This document shows positions 1 through 8,687 of a DNA stretch of 64,000 bases, one piece after another. The translations under genes were made by a program, and so were the position numbers. This stretch comes from a virus. Below the pieces are notes generated by a model. That model searched no databases, was not told the origin of the DNA, and was given only the letters and a program-made list of their open reading frames with translations. The number at the start of each line of letters is the position of its first letter. Positions within the stretch are counted from its first letter, which is position 1. The stretch covers positions 62,111-126,110 of the IMG/VR virus record IMGVR_UViG_3300045996_004119; one strand, written 5' to 3'.

Positions 1-560
1 TGCTGAGCACCTTTGCGAGCGCCCTCGACAAGCTCACCGAAGCGAACGTCCCGGTGGACATCCCGAAGCTCGCCGAGGAGTTCGAGGTGCCGCTGCGCGA
101 GGTGGCCGAGTCCCGCGTGCAGAGCCCGCGCATCTTCGAGTACCACCTCAAATACGGCATTCTGAAGAAGAACGAGATCCGGCAATCGCTCGGGTACGAC
201 CCGGAGTCCGGCGGGGACGTCATCCCCGAACCGATCGTGCAGGTGCCCGGCACGAAGCCGACGGCACAGCGGCCGGAGGAGGAGAACGCCGCGGCGAGCG
301 TTGCGCACCTCGCCTCGCTCGCGGAGGCGCACAACGCCGCGCACGACGACCAGCGACGCCAGACCACCGTGGAAACGCTCCGCGCGGTCTGGGGCCGCGG
401 GGCCGCGCTAGCGACGGGCGTCGACCGCGACGCCTGGGCCATGGGCCGCGTGGAGGCCTTCCTTCACCTCCTGGCCATGGGGGAGCCGGAGCACCCGACG
501 TACGTGGCCGACAACGATCTGCTGCCCGATGGGCACGAGCGGAGGACGACCGATGCCTGA
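1..560 (+). CDS. Portal protein, C-terminal part (Mu gp29/DUF935-like), 5'-truncated by the window
   Basis: Frame is open from base 3 (LSTFASALDKLTEANVPVDIPKLAEEFEVP). It contains a portal-type GILKKNEIRQSLGYDPESGGD tail motif and lies directly upstream of MuF, protease and capsid genes. Confidence 0.7.
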   Translation, partial: LSTFASALDKLTEANVPVDIPKLAEEFEVPLREVAESRVQSPRIFEYHLKYGILKKNEIRQSLGYDPESGGDVIPEPIVQVPGTKPTAQRPEEENAAASVAHLASLAEAHNAAHDDQRRQTTVETLRAVWGRGAALATGVDRDAWAMGRVEAFLHLLAMGEPEHPTYVADNDLLPDGHERRTTDA

Positions 561-933
561 CGACCTCGGCTACCGCCCGGCCTCCCCGCTGCCGCCCTAC
601 CTGGCGCCGGTAACCCTCGCTGCGCGCGCGCCGGCCGTCCTGTCGGCCAGCCGCTCTGGCGTGGGCCCTGCCGTGTCGGCCCAGCTCTACCTCGACCGCG
701 TGGTGGACCGCGGGCTGCGCGCCGCTCCGGAGGCGCTGCACGAGACGCTCGCCGCCGTCATGGCCGCCATCGAGGGCGCGCGGTCGTACGCGGAGGTCGA
801 GGCGCGCCTCATCGAGCTCGCCCCCGGCGCGGCGGAGCGGTCGGAGGACTTCGCCGCCCTGGTCGAGGGCGCGGTGATGCTCGGCATCGGGGCGGGCGCG
901 TGGGCGACGGGGGAAGAGGCGGACGCATCATGA
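553..933 (+). CDS. Small helical head-region protein resembling the C-terminal segment of Mu-type portals
   Basis: ATG at 553 follows GGAGG and overlaps the portal stop. Sequence AIEGARSYAEVEARL...FAALVEGAVMLG; resemblance is by recall only. Confidence 0.5.
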   Translation: MPDDLGYRPASPLPPYLAPVTLAARAPAVLSASRSGVGPAVSAQLYLDRVVDRGLRAAPEALHETLAAVMAAIEGARSYAEVEARLIELAPGAAERSEDFAALVEGAVMLGIGAGAWATGEEADAS

Positions 934-1337
934 GCGAGAGCAAGTACCCTCTTATCAACGGCGTCTTCACGCCGGAGCTCCGCGCCGAGGAAGAGCTCAA
1001 GGCCAGCCGCGCGGTTCGCCTCCGCGTCCGGAGCGACGGCACCTTCCCGGGCACGTCCGTGGTCGCTGTTCACGAGGACGGCACGGAGCACGCCATCGTG
1101 TTTTGCGACCGCATCGACATCAGCATCACGCCTGCCGGAGCGCGCGCCACCATCCATGTCACGGACGTGGTTGTCGACGTCGAGGCGGCGCCGGGCGCAG
1201 CGCCTGTCACCGCAGGCCCGACCATCAACAACTTCGCGGTGCATGTCCACGGCGCCGACGTCTCGCCGGAGGCGGTCAGGGGCGCTCTCGTGAGCGCGCT
1301 GGAGAGCTCCGCGGCCGTCCACGTCAGCGCCGCCTGA
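930..1337 (+). CDS. Hypothetical protein
   Basis: ATGA overlap with the previous stop; protein-like composition in a co-oriented operon. Confidence 0.6.
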   Translation: MSESKYPLINGVFTPELRAEEELKASRAVRLRVRSDGTFPGTSVVAVHEDGTEHAIVFCDRIDISITPAGARATIHVTDVVVDVEAAPGAAPVTAGPTINNFAVHVHGADVSPEAVRGALVSALESSAAVHVSAA

Positions 1338-1346
1338 CCCCTCCGC

Positions 1347-2924
1347 GTGCTCGTCGCCCTCGACACCATCGCGCCCGGGAGGCGCCCCGGTCTCCGTGTG
1401 TCCGCGGAGCCGGTGAAGCCGCGCGAGGCGATCGACTGGTTCGGACGCAAGACCCCGCTCGACAAGAAGGCGTGGGAGCAGCTCAGCGAGGACGCCCGAA
1501 AGCGCGCGTTCACGGCAGCGTGGGTCACCGACGTCAACGTCCTGCAGAGCGTCAAGGACTCGCTCCGGCAAGCCATCGACTCCGGCGAGAGCTTCGAGAG
1601 CTGGAAGAAGCGCGTCCGGACGGAGCTCGGCGCGAAGTGGCGCCGGGACAACGCCTACCTCGAGACCGTCTTCAGGAACAACGTCCAGAGCGCCTACGCC
1701 GCCGGCCGGTACAAGGCGCAGACCACGCCGCTCATCCTGAAGATGCGGCCGTTCTGGCGGCTTGTGGTGCTGCTGGACGACCGGACGTCGGAGTACTGCG
1801 AGCCGCTGGCGAAGCCGCCTGTCGTGCTTCCGGCGGATGACCCGTGGTGGGTCAGCAACTTCCCTCCGAGGCACCACCGCTGCCGCACGACGACGGTGAC
1901 GGCGAGTCGCCGGCAGGCCGAGCGCATCGGTATCTCGAAGGCGGCCCCGCGCGTCGGCGCGCAGGAGGGCTGGGGCAGCACTGCGGGGCTCGGCGAGTGG
2001 CAGCCGTCCGGAGAGGGCATCGCCCCGGAGTTCTTCAAGCCGGCTGAGAAGGCCGCCGAGAAGGCGCTCCCGAAGACTGAGCCGGCCGTCGCCGCGCCCG
2101 CCAGGGTGGTGCCGGAGATCGTCGCGCCGCCGGCCGAGGCAAAGCCTGATGCGCGACCTCCTGCGGAGTCGCAGCAGCCCCAGCGCGAGGCGGCCCGCAA
2201 GGCCGAAGTCGACGCCAGCACCGTGCCGGCGTGGACCAAGGCGACGGCGGGCAAGCGACGATTCCCGATCGACCGCGACGTCACCCGAGCCTCCAAGAAG
2301 GTGTTCGGCGGCAAGGCTCCGTCGTTCGACGCGCTGGAGAAGGCGTGGTCCGGCGCCGGCGTCAACGCGTCTGTGTCCGGCGTGAACTGGGACGACGCCT
2401 TGCAGACGATGCAGGTCAACGCGACCATCACCGCAGACGGCGAACTCGTCGGCCGCATGACCCGTTCCTTCCGAAGGAAGGCGGGCAAGCTCGTCGCCTA
2501 CCACGACTACCTCGAGCTCAACGAGAAGGCCCAGGGCCGCGGGTACGGCGCGGCCGCGCTGAAGAACTCGATCCTGCTGTACCAGGCCATCGGTGCGACG
2601 GAAGTCGGGCTCGATGCGCGCTGGGTCGGCAGGTACACGTGGGCTCGGTTCGGGTTCAACTGGGACGAGGCCACCGCCGGCCAGATCCGGCCGAAGCTCA
2701 TTGAGCATCTCGTGCTCTCCGGCGTGCCGCGGGCAGGCGCCGAGGCGATGGCCGCCGCGACGTACAGGAGCGCAGCAGCGGTCGCAGGGCTCGAGCACAA
2801 TGGCAGAGCCGTCGGCAAGGAATTCCTGCTGAGCGACGCGCTGAGCGGCTGGCGCGGCAGCCTGCGGATCGACGACCCAGAGGACCCGGGTTACCGCCGC
2901 GCAGAGGAGCGCCTCGGCCTATGA
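1347..2924 (+). CDS. Mu gpF/SPP1 gp7-like minor head protein (MuF) with C-terminal GNAT-like acetyltransferase domain
   Basis: MuF motifs AFT(A)A, LETVFRNNVQSAYAAGRY, LDDRT, PPRHHRCRTT; Pro/Ala linker; C-terminal QGRGYG (2532-2549) and GRYTWARFGF. The start may be GTG at 1398. Confidence 0.85.
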   Translation: MLVALDTIAPGRRPGLRVSAEPVKPREAIDWFGRKTPLDKKAWEQLSEDARKRAFTAAWVTDVNVLQSVKDSLRQAIDSGESFESWKKRVRTELGAKWRRDNAYLETVFRNNVQSAYAAGRYKAQTTPLILKMRPFWRLVVLLDDRTSEYCEPLAKPPVVLPADDPWWVSNFPPRHHRCRTTTVTASRRQAERIGISKAAPRVGAQEGWGSTAGLGEWQPSGEGIAPEFFKPAEKAAEKALPKTEPAVAAPARVVPEIVAPPAEAKPDARPPAESQQPQREAARKAEVDASTVPAWTKATAGKRRFPIDRDVTRASKKVFGGKAPSFDALEKAWSGAGVNASVSGVNWDDALQTMQVNATITADGELVGRMTRSFRRKAGKLVAYHDYLELNEKAQGRGYGAAALKNSILLYQAIGATEVGLDARWVGRYTWARFGFNWDEATAGQIRPKLIEHLVLSGVPRAGAEAMAAATYRSAAAVAGLEHNGRAVGKEFLLSDALSGWRGSLRIDDPEDPGYRRAEERLGL

Positions 2925-3199
2925 GCGAACGCCTGGGCCGCGGGGATGCTGGGCTGGCAGAGGACCTCCTGCCGCTCGCCGATCGGCGCGAGGTCGGCGC
3001 CCCCGTCCCTTGGGTCGCCCTCGGCGACATCGTACTGGAGGCCGAGCGGCTCCGGGAGCACGGAACGCTCTCCCCGGCGGCCTTCGCCTCGCTGCGGCGG
3101 CGGGCGCGCGGGCTGGTTGCCAGCCTCCCCGGCTACAGGCAGGCCGAAGCCTTGATGTCGCTCGACGCGCTGGACCCCAGCCGCTCGAGCGGCAGCTGA
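2921..3199 (+). CDS. Small protein, candidate immunity protein for the MuF toxin domain
   Basis: ATGA-coupled to the MuF stop; 92 aa helical; function inferred from position only. Confidence 0.5.
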   Translation: MSERLGRGDAGLAEDLLPLADRREVGAPVPWVALGDIVLEAERLREHGTLSPAAFASLRRRARGLVASLPGYRQAEALMSLDALDPSRSSGS

Positions 3200-3264
3200 A
3201 CCACGAAGATCTTCGCGTCCGGGCAAGGGCCGCGAGCCCTCACGCATCAACCGGAGACATCGCG

Positions 3265-5799
3265 GTGCAGGACCTCGCAAGCGACACCGAGCCTCGCGAC
3301 GCCGGCCACGTTGCCGCCCTCGGCTCGCCGAGCCAGCCCCGGGATGCCGATGGCAAGTGGACGGACGGGCGCGGGGGAGGGCGCTCGGCGCCCGCTGGTG
3401 ACGTCGGCGGGCCTGGGCGAGGCGGCAACAGCAGCGATTCCGGCAGCAGCGGCTACAGGCCCGGCGGGAGTTGGCGAGGGCGCAGCCGCGGCGGGAGCAA
3501 GGGCGGCAAGGCCCCAGGTGCAGCTGACGCCTCTGGCGCATCCGACGGCCGCTCGGCGGCGCAGAAGAAGCGCCACGCCGACCAGCGCGACACGGCCGAC
3601 GTCGCGGAGAAGCGGGCGCGGTCTCACGAGGCGAAGGCGCAGAAGGCTCGCGACGAGGCCGCGCAGAAGCGACAGGAGCTCGAGGACACGAGGGACAGCG
3701 TCGAGCCGAAGAGGCGGCGCGCCGAGGAGCTGGAGGAGGCGTACCAGCGCAAGCTCGAGGCGCACGAGGAGGCAGAGCGGCGCTTCGACGAGGAGAACTT
3801 CGAGGACGTCCCCGACGCGCGCCGCAACAAACTCGCCGAGGAGGCAGACCAGGCGCGTGGCGAGATGCGCGCGGCGAAGCGCGAGGTGGCCGAAGCGGGC
3901 AAATCGCACAGGGCGGCCGAGCGCAGGGTGTCCCGCCTAGAAGACGAGTACGACGCGGCGCGCGAGGAGGCTGTCTCTCGTCGCCTCGACGCCGACACGG
4001 CCCGCAATCGAGCAAACATCGAGCGCGAGCACACGGACCTGCTGGAGCGGCCGCACGCCGAATACTCGGCGGAGGTGCGGAAACGCGCCGCAGACGCGAA
4101 GCGCGACGTCGCCAAGGCGACCGAAAAAGCCGACGTTGCAGAGCGCGATCTCGACACGATGCGGAAGAGCGAACAGGCGGCGATCGACGAGTCTATCCGC
4201 GGGCAGCACGCGAATCAGGCAGAGCGCGCTCGAGCGTACGACCAGGCCAAAGGAGCGGAGGATGCTCGCAAGTCCGCCGAGGAGCGGGCGATGGCCGCGG
4301 ACAACGATCGCAAGGTGGCGAGCATCCGCGCCAAGTACTGGGCCGAGGCCGCTAGGGAAGCCCGCAGGCTCAAGCCAGGCCCCATCGACGGAGATGGCGA
4401 CGGCCGCGTGAACGAGGCCGAGCGATCCGACCAACTATCCGACGGCCCGAGCGCCGACGAGGACACCATGACCACCATCGAGACGCTCTCTGTCGGAGAC
4501 GACGTCCCGCTCGAGCTCGTCAACGGGCAGGCGCCGCGAGAGCTCCGTCTCTTCCGGAGGGGCGAGAACCCGAGCACGAAGGGGAGCTTCCTTTTCGACG
4601 ACACGGCCGCGCAGAAGGTCATGTCGACCTACCAGCGGATGGGCCGCAAGTGGGTCTCCATCGACTACGACCACGGGTCGCTGCAGCGGAACCCGGTCGA
4701 CCCGAGCAAGAGCGCCCGCAGCGCGGGTAGAGCTCCGCTGGAGCTTCGCGACGGCGAGCTGTGGGCGACAAACATCCAGTGGACCCCCGCGGCGAAGGCC
4801 GGAATCGAAGCCGGGGAGTGGCCGTCGGTGTCGCCCGCGTTCGCGCACGGCGAAGACCGGCGTCCCACGTGGGTGATGAACTTCGGGCTCACAGGCAACC
4901 CGGCACTCCACAGCCCAGCGGAGCTCGTCGCGGCCAACGTGCTGCGCGCGCTCTTCGACCCGACCGAACCAGATGACCAGGGGGTGACTCCGCTCGCCTC
5001 CACCACGACGGGCGACAGGCCCGCGCAAACCGAGGCTCCGGCCACGGAGGAACAGAGCATGAAGAAGCGAACTGCTGCCGAGGTGGCCGAGTTCTTCGGG
5101 GTCACCGAGGACGAGGCGAAGGTGTGGATGGCCGCCGCGCACGGCGAGCCGAAGAAGATGCTGAGCGCGGCTGTCGCGCTGAGCGTGGGCCTCTCGGCGG
5201 AGACCGAGGAGGACGTCCTCGTGACGCGCCTCTCCGCACTCTCGTCGGCGGAGCGGCGCGTGCTCTCCGCGCTCGACGTGAAGAGCATCGATGATGCGCT
5301 CGGCGCGATCACCGGCCTCAAGAAGGCGGCCAAGGACGCCGAGAGGCTCGCAGCGTCGCTCGCCGACATCCAGGGGAAGCAGATCCGCTCCGAGGTGGAG
5401 ACGATGCTCTCCGCAGCCAAGGACGCGAAGAAGCTCACCCCCGCCGAGGTGGCCGACGAGAGCGAGGCGAGCCTGCGCGCGACGGCGCTGTCCATGGGCG
5501 ACAAGGGCCCCGGCTGGCTCAAGGCGCACATCGCGCAGCGGCCGGTGATCGAGGTGCTGAACACCACCTTCAAGCAGCCGGAGACGAAGCCGAATCCGGA
5601 GGGCGATCAGAAGCCCAAGGTCGACGTCGGCGGCAAGACGTACGCCCAGCTCTCCAACATGGAGAAGCACGAGCTCTCGCAGCGTGACCCGCAGCAGTTC
5701 GCGGCGCTGCGCGAGGCGCACCTGAACTCGCTCCCGGCGAACACCTACCCGGTCCCCGACCAGCAGCGCGGGGGCATGTTCCGCGACCTCCCCGGCTGA
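3265..5799 (+). CDS. Mu I-like prohead protease/scaffold with a long N-terminal coiled-coil extension
   Basis: GTG at 3265 follows GGAGA. The protease domain (from about 4468) has IDYDH, ELRDGELWATNIQWT, VSPAF and LTGNPAL; the C-terminal part is scaffold-like and helical. In-frame SD+ATG at 4468 and 5059. Confidence 0.85.
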   Translation: MQDLASDTEPRDAGHVAALGSPSQPRDADGKWTDGRGGGRSAPAGDVGGPGRGGNSSDSGSSGYRPGGSWRGRSRGGSKGGKAPGAADASGASDGRSAAQKKRHADQRDTADVAEKRARSHEAKAQKARDEAAQKRQELEDTRDSVEPKRRRAEELEEAYQRKLEAHEEAERRFDEENFEDVPDARRNKLAEEADQARGEMRAAKREVAEAGKSHRAAERRVSRLEDEYDAAREEAVSRRLDADTARNRANIEREHTDLLERPHAEYSAEVRKRAADAKRDVAKATEKADVAERDLDTMRKSEQAAIDESIRGQHANQAERARAYDQAKGAEDARKSAEERAMAADNDRKVASIRAKYWAEAAREARRLKPGPIDGDGDGRVNEAERSDQLSDGPSADEDTMTTIETLSVGDDVPLELVNGQAPRELRLFRRGENPSTKGSFLFDDTAAQKVMSTYQRMGRKWVSIDYDHGSLQRNPVDPSKSARSAGRAPLELRDGELWATNIQWTPAAKAGIEAGEWPSVSPAFAHGEDRRPTWVMNFGLTGNPALHSPAELVAANVLRALFDPTEPDDQGVTPLASTTTGDRPAQTEAPATEEQSMKKRTAAEVAEFFGVTEDEAKVWMAAAHGEPKKMLSAAVALSVGLSAETEEDVLVTRLSALSSAERRVLSALDVKSIDDALGAITGLKKAAKDAERLAASLADIQGKQIRSEVETMLSAAKDAKKLTPAEVADESEASLRATALSMGDKGPGWLKAHIAQRPVIEVLNTTFKQPETKPNPEGDQKPKVDVGGKTYAQLSNMEKHELSQRDPQQFAALREAHLNSLPANTYPVPDQQRGGMFRDLPG

Positions 5800-5901
5800 C
5801 CTGACGGCGCACCCGCCTCGGCAAACCGACCACCACAACCAGAATCAATGGAGCGACGCGCTGCCCGCTGAGGCGGAGATCTGCGCGCCGAGAAGCCACT
5901 C

Positions 5902-6801
5902 ATGGGCGTCACCAAGCGTTCAGACATCATCAACACGTACATCCTGGCAGAGGCGATCCAGGCCGAGTTCGCGGGCGCCGTGGCGCTCTACGGATCGCCC
6001 GCCGTCGTGCAGAACAACAGCCTCCCGGCGAACACCATCAACGGGGGGAAGCTGAAGGGGGGCGAGACCATCCAGGTCCCCTACTTCAACAACCTCGGCG
6101 AGCTCGACGAGATCGCTACCGACGGCGACTCGCTCACGCCGGTCGCGCTCACGATGAGCGACGAGACGGCCACGATTCGCCACTTCGGCAAGGCCGTCGA
6201 GCTCACCACCTGGTCGCAGATCAAGGGCCTCTACTCCGACCCGTACAAGGAGTGCGCGCGGCAGCTCGTGCTGGCGGCTCAGCGCAGCTGGGATGCTGCG
6301 CTCATCCAGGTGGCCGGCACGTCGCTGCCGTCGGACAACGTCCACGACGTCTGGAACGCAGTGACGCCGGTCCTGCTGAACTGGGACGTCATGGTCGACG
6401 CGAAGCTGAAATTCGGCGACGAGCAGTCGAGCATCGTGATGCTCTCCGTGCATTCGAAGGTCTACGGCGACCTGATGAAGCTCAAGGACTCGACCGGGCG
6501 CCCGTTGCTCGTCGACGCGAACGACGGCAGCCTGCCGAAGTTCATGGGCATCCCCGTGAAGGTCTCCGACCGGAACGCGGTGGTCCCGGCGTCCGGCAGC
6601 ACCCCGGCGAAGTACAAGTCGCGCATCTACAAGGCCGGCGCGCTCGCGCTCTGGCTCAACGGCCAGCCGTCGGTGAAGGAGGACGAGGACATCCTCAAGG
6701 ACACCGACCTCGTCGCGATTCACACGTACTTCGTCGGCCACCGGTACAAGCGCACCCCCGGCGCGACCCGCCCGGGCGTCGTCGAGATCGTCACCAACTG
6801 A
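5902..6801 (+). CDS. Major capsid protein (N4-gp56-like family)
   Basis: 299 aa after the protease/scaffold. GETIQVPYF..LGE...GDSLTP..LT..ATIRHFGKAVELT and the C-terminal YFVGH..PGVVEIVT pattern are typical of this MCP family. Confidence 0.85.
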   Translation: MGVTKRSDIINTYILAEAIQAEFAGAVALYGSPAVVQNNSLPANTINGGKLKGGETIQVPYFNNLGELDEIATDGDSLTPVALTMSDETATIRHFGKAVELTTWSQIKGLYSDPYKECARQLVLAAQRSWDAALIQVAGTSLPSDNVHDVWNAVTPVLLNWDVMVDAKLKFGDEQSSIVMLSVHSKVYGDLMKLKDSTGRPLLVDANDGSLPKFMGIPVKVSDRNAVVPASGSTPAKYKSRIYKAGALALWLNGQPSVKEDEDILKDTDLVAIHTYFVGHRYKRTPGATRPGVVEIVTN

Positions 6802-6831
6802 CCATGGGCGTCGGGTTCTTCAGGGTCCAGC

Positions 6832-7131
6832 ATGCCCGGCGTCGGCACGGTCAGGAGATACCTGCTTCTGAAGGAGCAGGCGGCGACGCAGCGCGGGGAC
6901 GAGGAGATAGCGCTGGCCTTTCGGGGGAAGCGCATGTCGGAGCCGGGAACGAACCTCCCAGCGGGGTTCCCCGGGCTGACGGAGCTGGCGGCGGTGACGC
7001 CGCCGTACACCGCGGTGGAGGACCTGAAGGGGCCAACCATCGAACGATCGGCGGACGTGGAGGAGCTGGTAGCAGCGGGCCTCCCCCGCAAGCTGGCGCG
7101 GGAGGTCATCGCCGCGCTCACGGAGCTGTGA
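6832..7131 (+). CDS. Hypothetical virion-associated protein
   Basis: Co-oriented ORF after the MCP, with a protein-like sequence. Confidence 0.6.
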   Translation: MPGVGTVRRYLLLKEQAATQRGDEEIALAFRGKRMSEPGTNLPAGFPGLTELAAVTPPYTAVEDLKGPTIERSADVEELVAAGLPRKLAREVIAALTEL

Positions 7132-7132
7132 G

Positions 7133-7531
7133 ATGAGCGGAGAAGGCTACATCCGTCCTGGCGAGAGCGGGGCGGGCTATTTCGACGGGACGGGCAACCA
7201 GTTCCGATCGGTCGGCAAGATCACGCTGGCTGGCGCCATCACGCGCACGGCCGACGGCAACGGCACGACGGTCGAGATCGGCGACAAGGGCACGCTGCGG
7301 CTTCTGCTCAGCGTGACCGCAGCTGACGGCACGAGCCCCACGCTGGACATCACGCTGCAGACGTCGAAGGACGGCAGCACCTGGCGCACGCTGGGGACCT
7401 TCGCGCAGGCGACTGGCACGACGACGGAGAGCAAGAGCTTCTCCGGCTGCGATCGCTACGTGCGCGCGAACGCGGACCTCGGCGGGACGACCCCGAGCTT
7501 CACCTACACCATCGACGGCGAGGCCGTCTGA
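7133..7531 (+). CDS. Beta-sandwich virion protein (head decoration-like)
   Basis: Thr/Gly-rich, all-beta pattern; paralogous to the N-terminus of 7956..8687. Confidence 0.65.
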   Translation: MSGEGYIRPGESGAGYFDGTGNQFRSVGKITLAGAITRTADGNGTTVEIGDKGTLRLLLSVTAADGTSPTLDITLQTSKDGSTWRTLGTFAQATGTTTESKSFSGCDRYVRANADLGGTTPSFTYTIDGEAV

Positions 7532-7541
7532 GGACACCACC

Positions 7542-7949
7542 ATGTCTGTTTCCCCCGACACGTTCGTCTTCACCAGGAACGTCGGCAACACCGTCGTTCG
7601 CATCCACACGCCGCCGCATGTCGTGGCCCGCCTCGCCTCCACAGCGAACCTCGCGGACCTCACCGCCGTGAGCACCACGATGGATGGCCAGACGATCGCC
7701 GCCGGCGACGTCATCCTCCTCAAGGACCAGACCGACGCGTCCGAGAACGGGCTCTATGCCGCCGGCGAGGTCTCCGGCAGCACGGTCCCGCTCACGCGCA
7801 TCTGGCCCATGGAGGACGGCCAGGAGGCCCACCACGGCACGCTCGTGTCGGTCCAGCAGGGCACCGCGGGCGCTGGCGACCTCTACAAGCTGACGAGCAC
7901 CGGCGCGCTGACGATCGGCACGAGCAATCTCGCGTTCACGCTGGTCTGA
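7542..7949 (+). CDS. Virion structural protein (DG..GD..L.K.Q...ENG.Y fibre/decoration domain)
   Basis: GAGGA SD upstream; motif common in tail-fibre and decoration proteins; paralogous to the N-terminus of 22436..23437. Confidence 0.7.
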   Translation: MSVSPDTFVFTRNVGNTVVRIHTPPHVVARLASTANLADLTAVSTTMDGQTIAAGDVILLKDQTDASENGLYAAGEVSGSTVPLTRIWPMEDGQEAHHGTLVSVQQGTAGAGDLYKLTSTGALTIGTSNLAFTLV

Positions 7950-7955
7950 GAGCCG

Positions 7956-8687
7956 ATGCCGGCGACCACGGAGATCACCCCGCTCGAGGCTGCCGAGCGC
8001 AGCGCGAGCGGGGTGAGCGATGCGCTCGACCTGGGCGCGGCCACGTCGGTCGACCTGACGCTCGACGTTACGGCCGCCGCCTCGGCGTCGCTCATCGTCT
8101 ACGTGGAGACGGCCAGGTCGGAGACGTCGTCGACGTGGACGCAGGCGGGGGCCTTCTCTCGCACGACCGAGGCCGGCACACGAACGCAGGTGTTCGCCGA
8201 CCTCGAGCGGTGGATCCGAGTCCGGTGGGAGATCTCCGGCACGGCCACGTTCGAGGTGGCCGGCGAGAGCGTGACCGTCTACTGCCGCCCGCGCGACATG
8301 GGGCGCGTGGTCGCGGAGCGCGGACTGTTCGCGCAGCAGGGCGAGGCCTACACCCCGGTCCAACTCGACGAATACGCCCGCGACGCGTCCGACGAGATGG
8401 ACGGCTCGCTGGGGGCCATGTTCTCGCTCCCGCTCACGGCGTGGGGGCGGGACGTCCGGCGGAAGGCCGCTGAACTGGCCGTCTACTACGCCTTGTTCAA
8501 CCGCGGATTCTCGCCGGACGACGAGGGCGGGAAGGGCTACCGGAAGATGCACGATGACGTGCAGGCGTGGCTCAAGGCCGTGCGCGACCAGAAGCTCGAG
8601 CTCCATGGCGTCGTCGACAGCACGCCGGAGGTCGAAGACGGCGGCGCCTACATCGTGACCGACTCGCCGAGGGGCTGGGGCCAGTGA
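7956..8687 (+). CDS. Head-tail adaptor (Mu gp36/DUF1320-like) with an N-terminal beta-sandwich domain
   Basis: C-terminal half YCRPRDM...DASDEMDGSL..LPLT...AELAVYY...WLKAVRD matches the gp36 pattern. Confidence 0.75.
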   Translation: MPATTEITPLEAAERSASGVSDALDLGAATSVDLTLDVTAAASASLIVYVETARSETSSTWTQAGAFSRTTEAGTRTQVFADLERWIRVRWEISGTATFEVAGESVTVYCRPRDMGRVVAERGLFAQQGEAYTPVQLDEYARDASDEMDGSLGAMFSLPLTAWGRDVRRKAAELAVYYALFNRGFSPDDEGGKGYRKMHDDVQAWLKAVRDQKLELHGVVDSTPEVEDGGAYIVTDSPRGWGQ

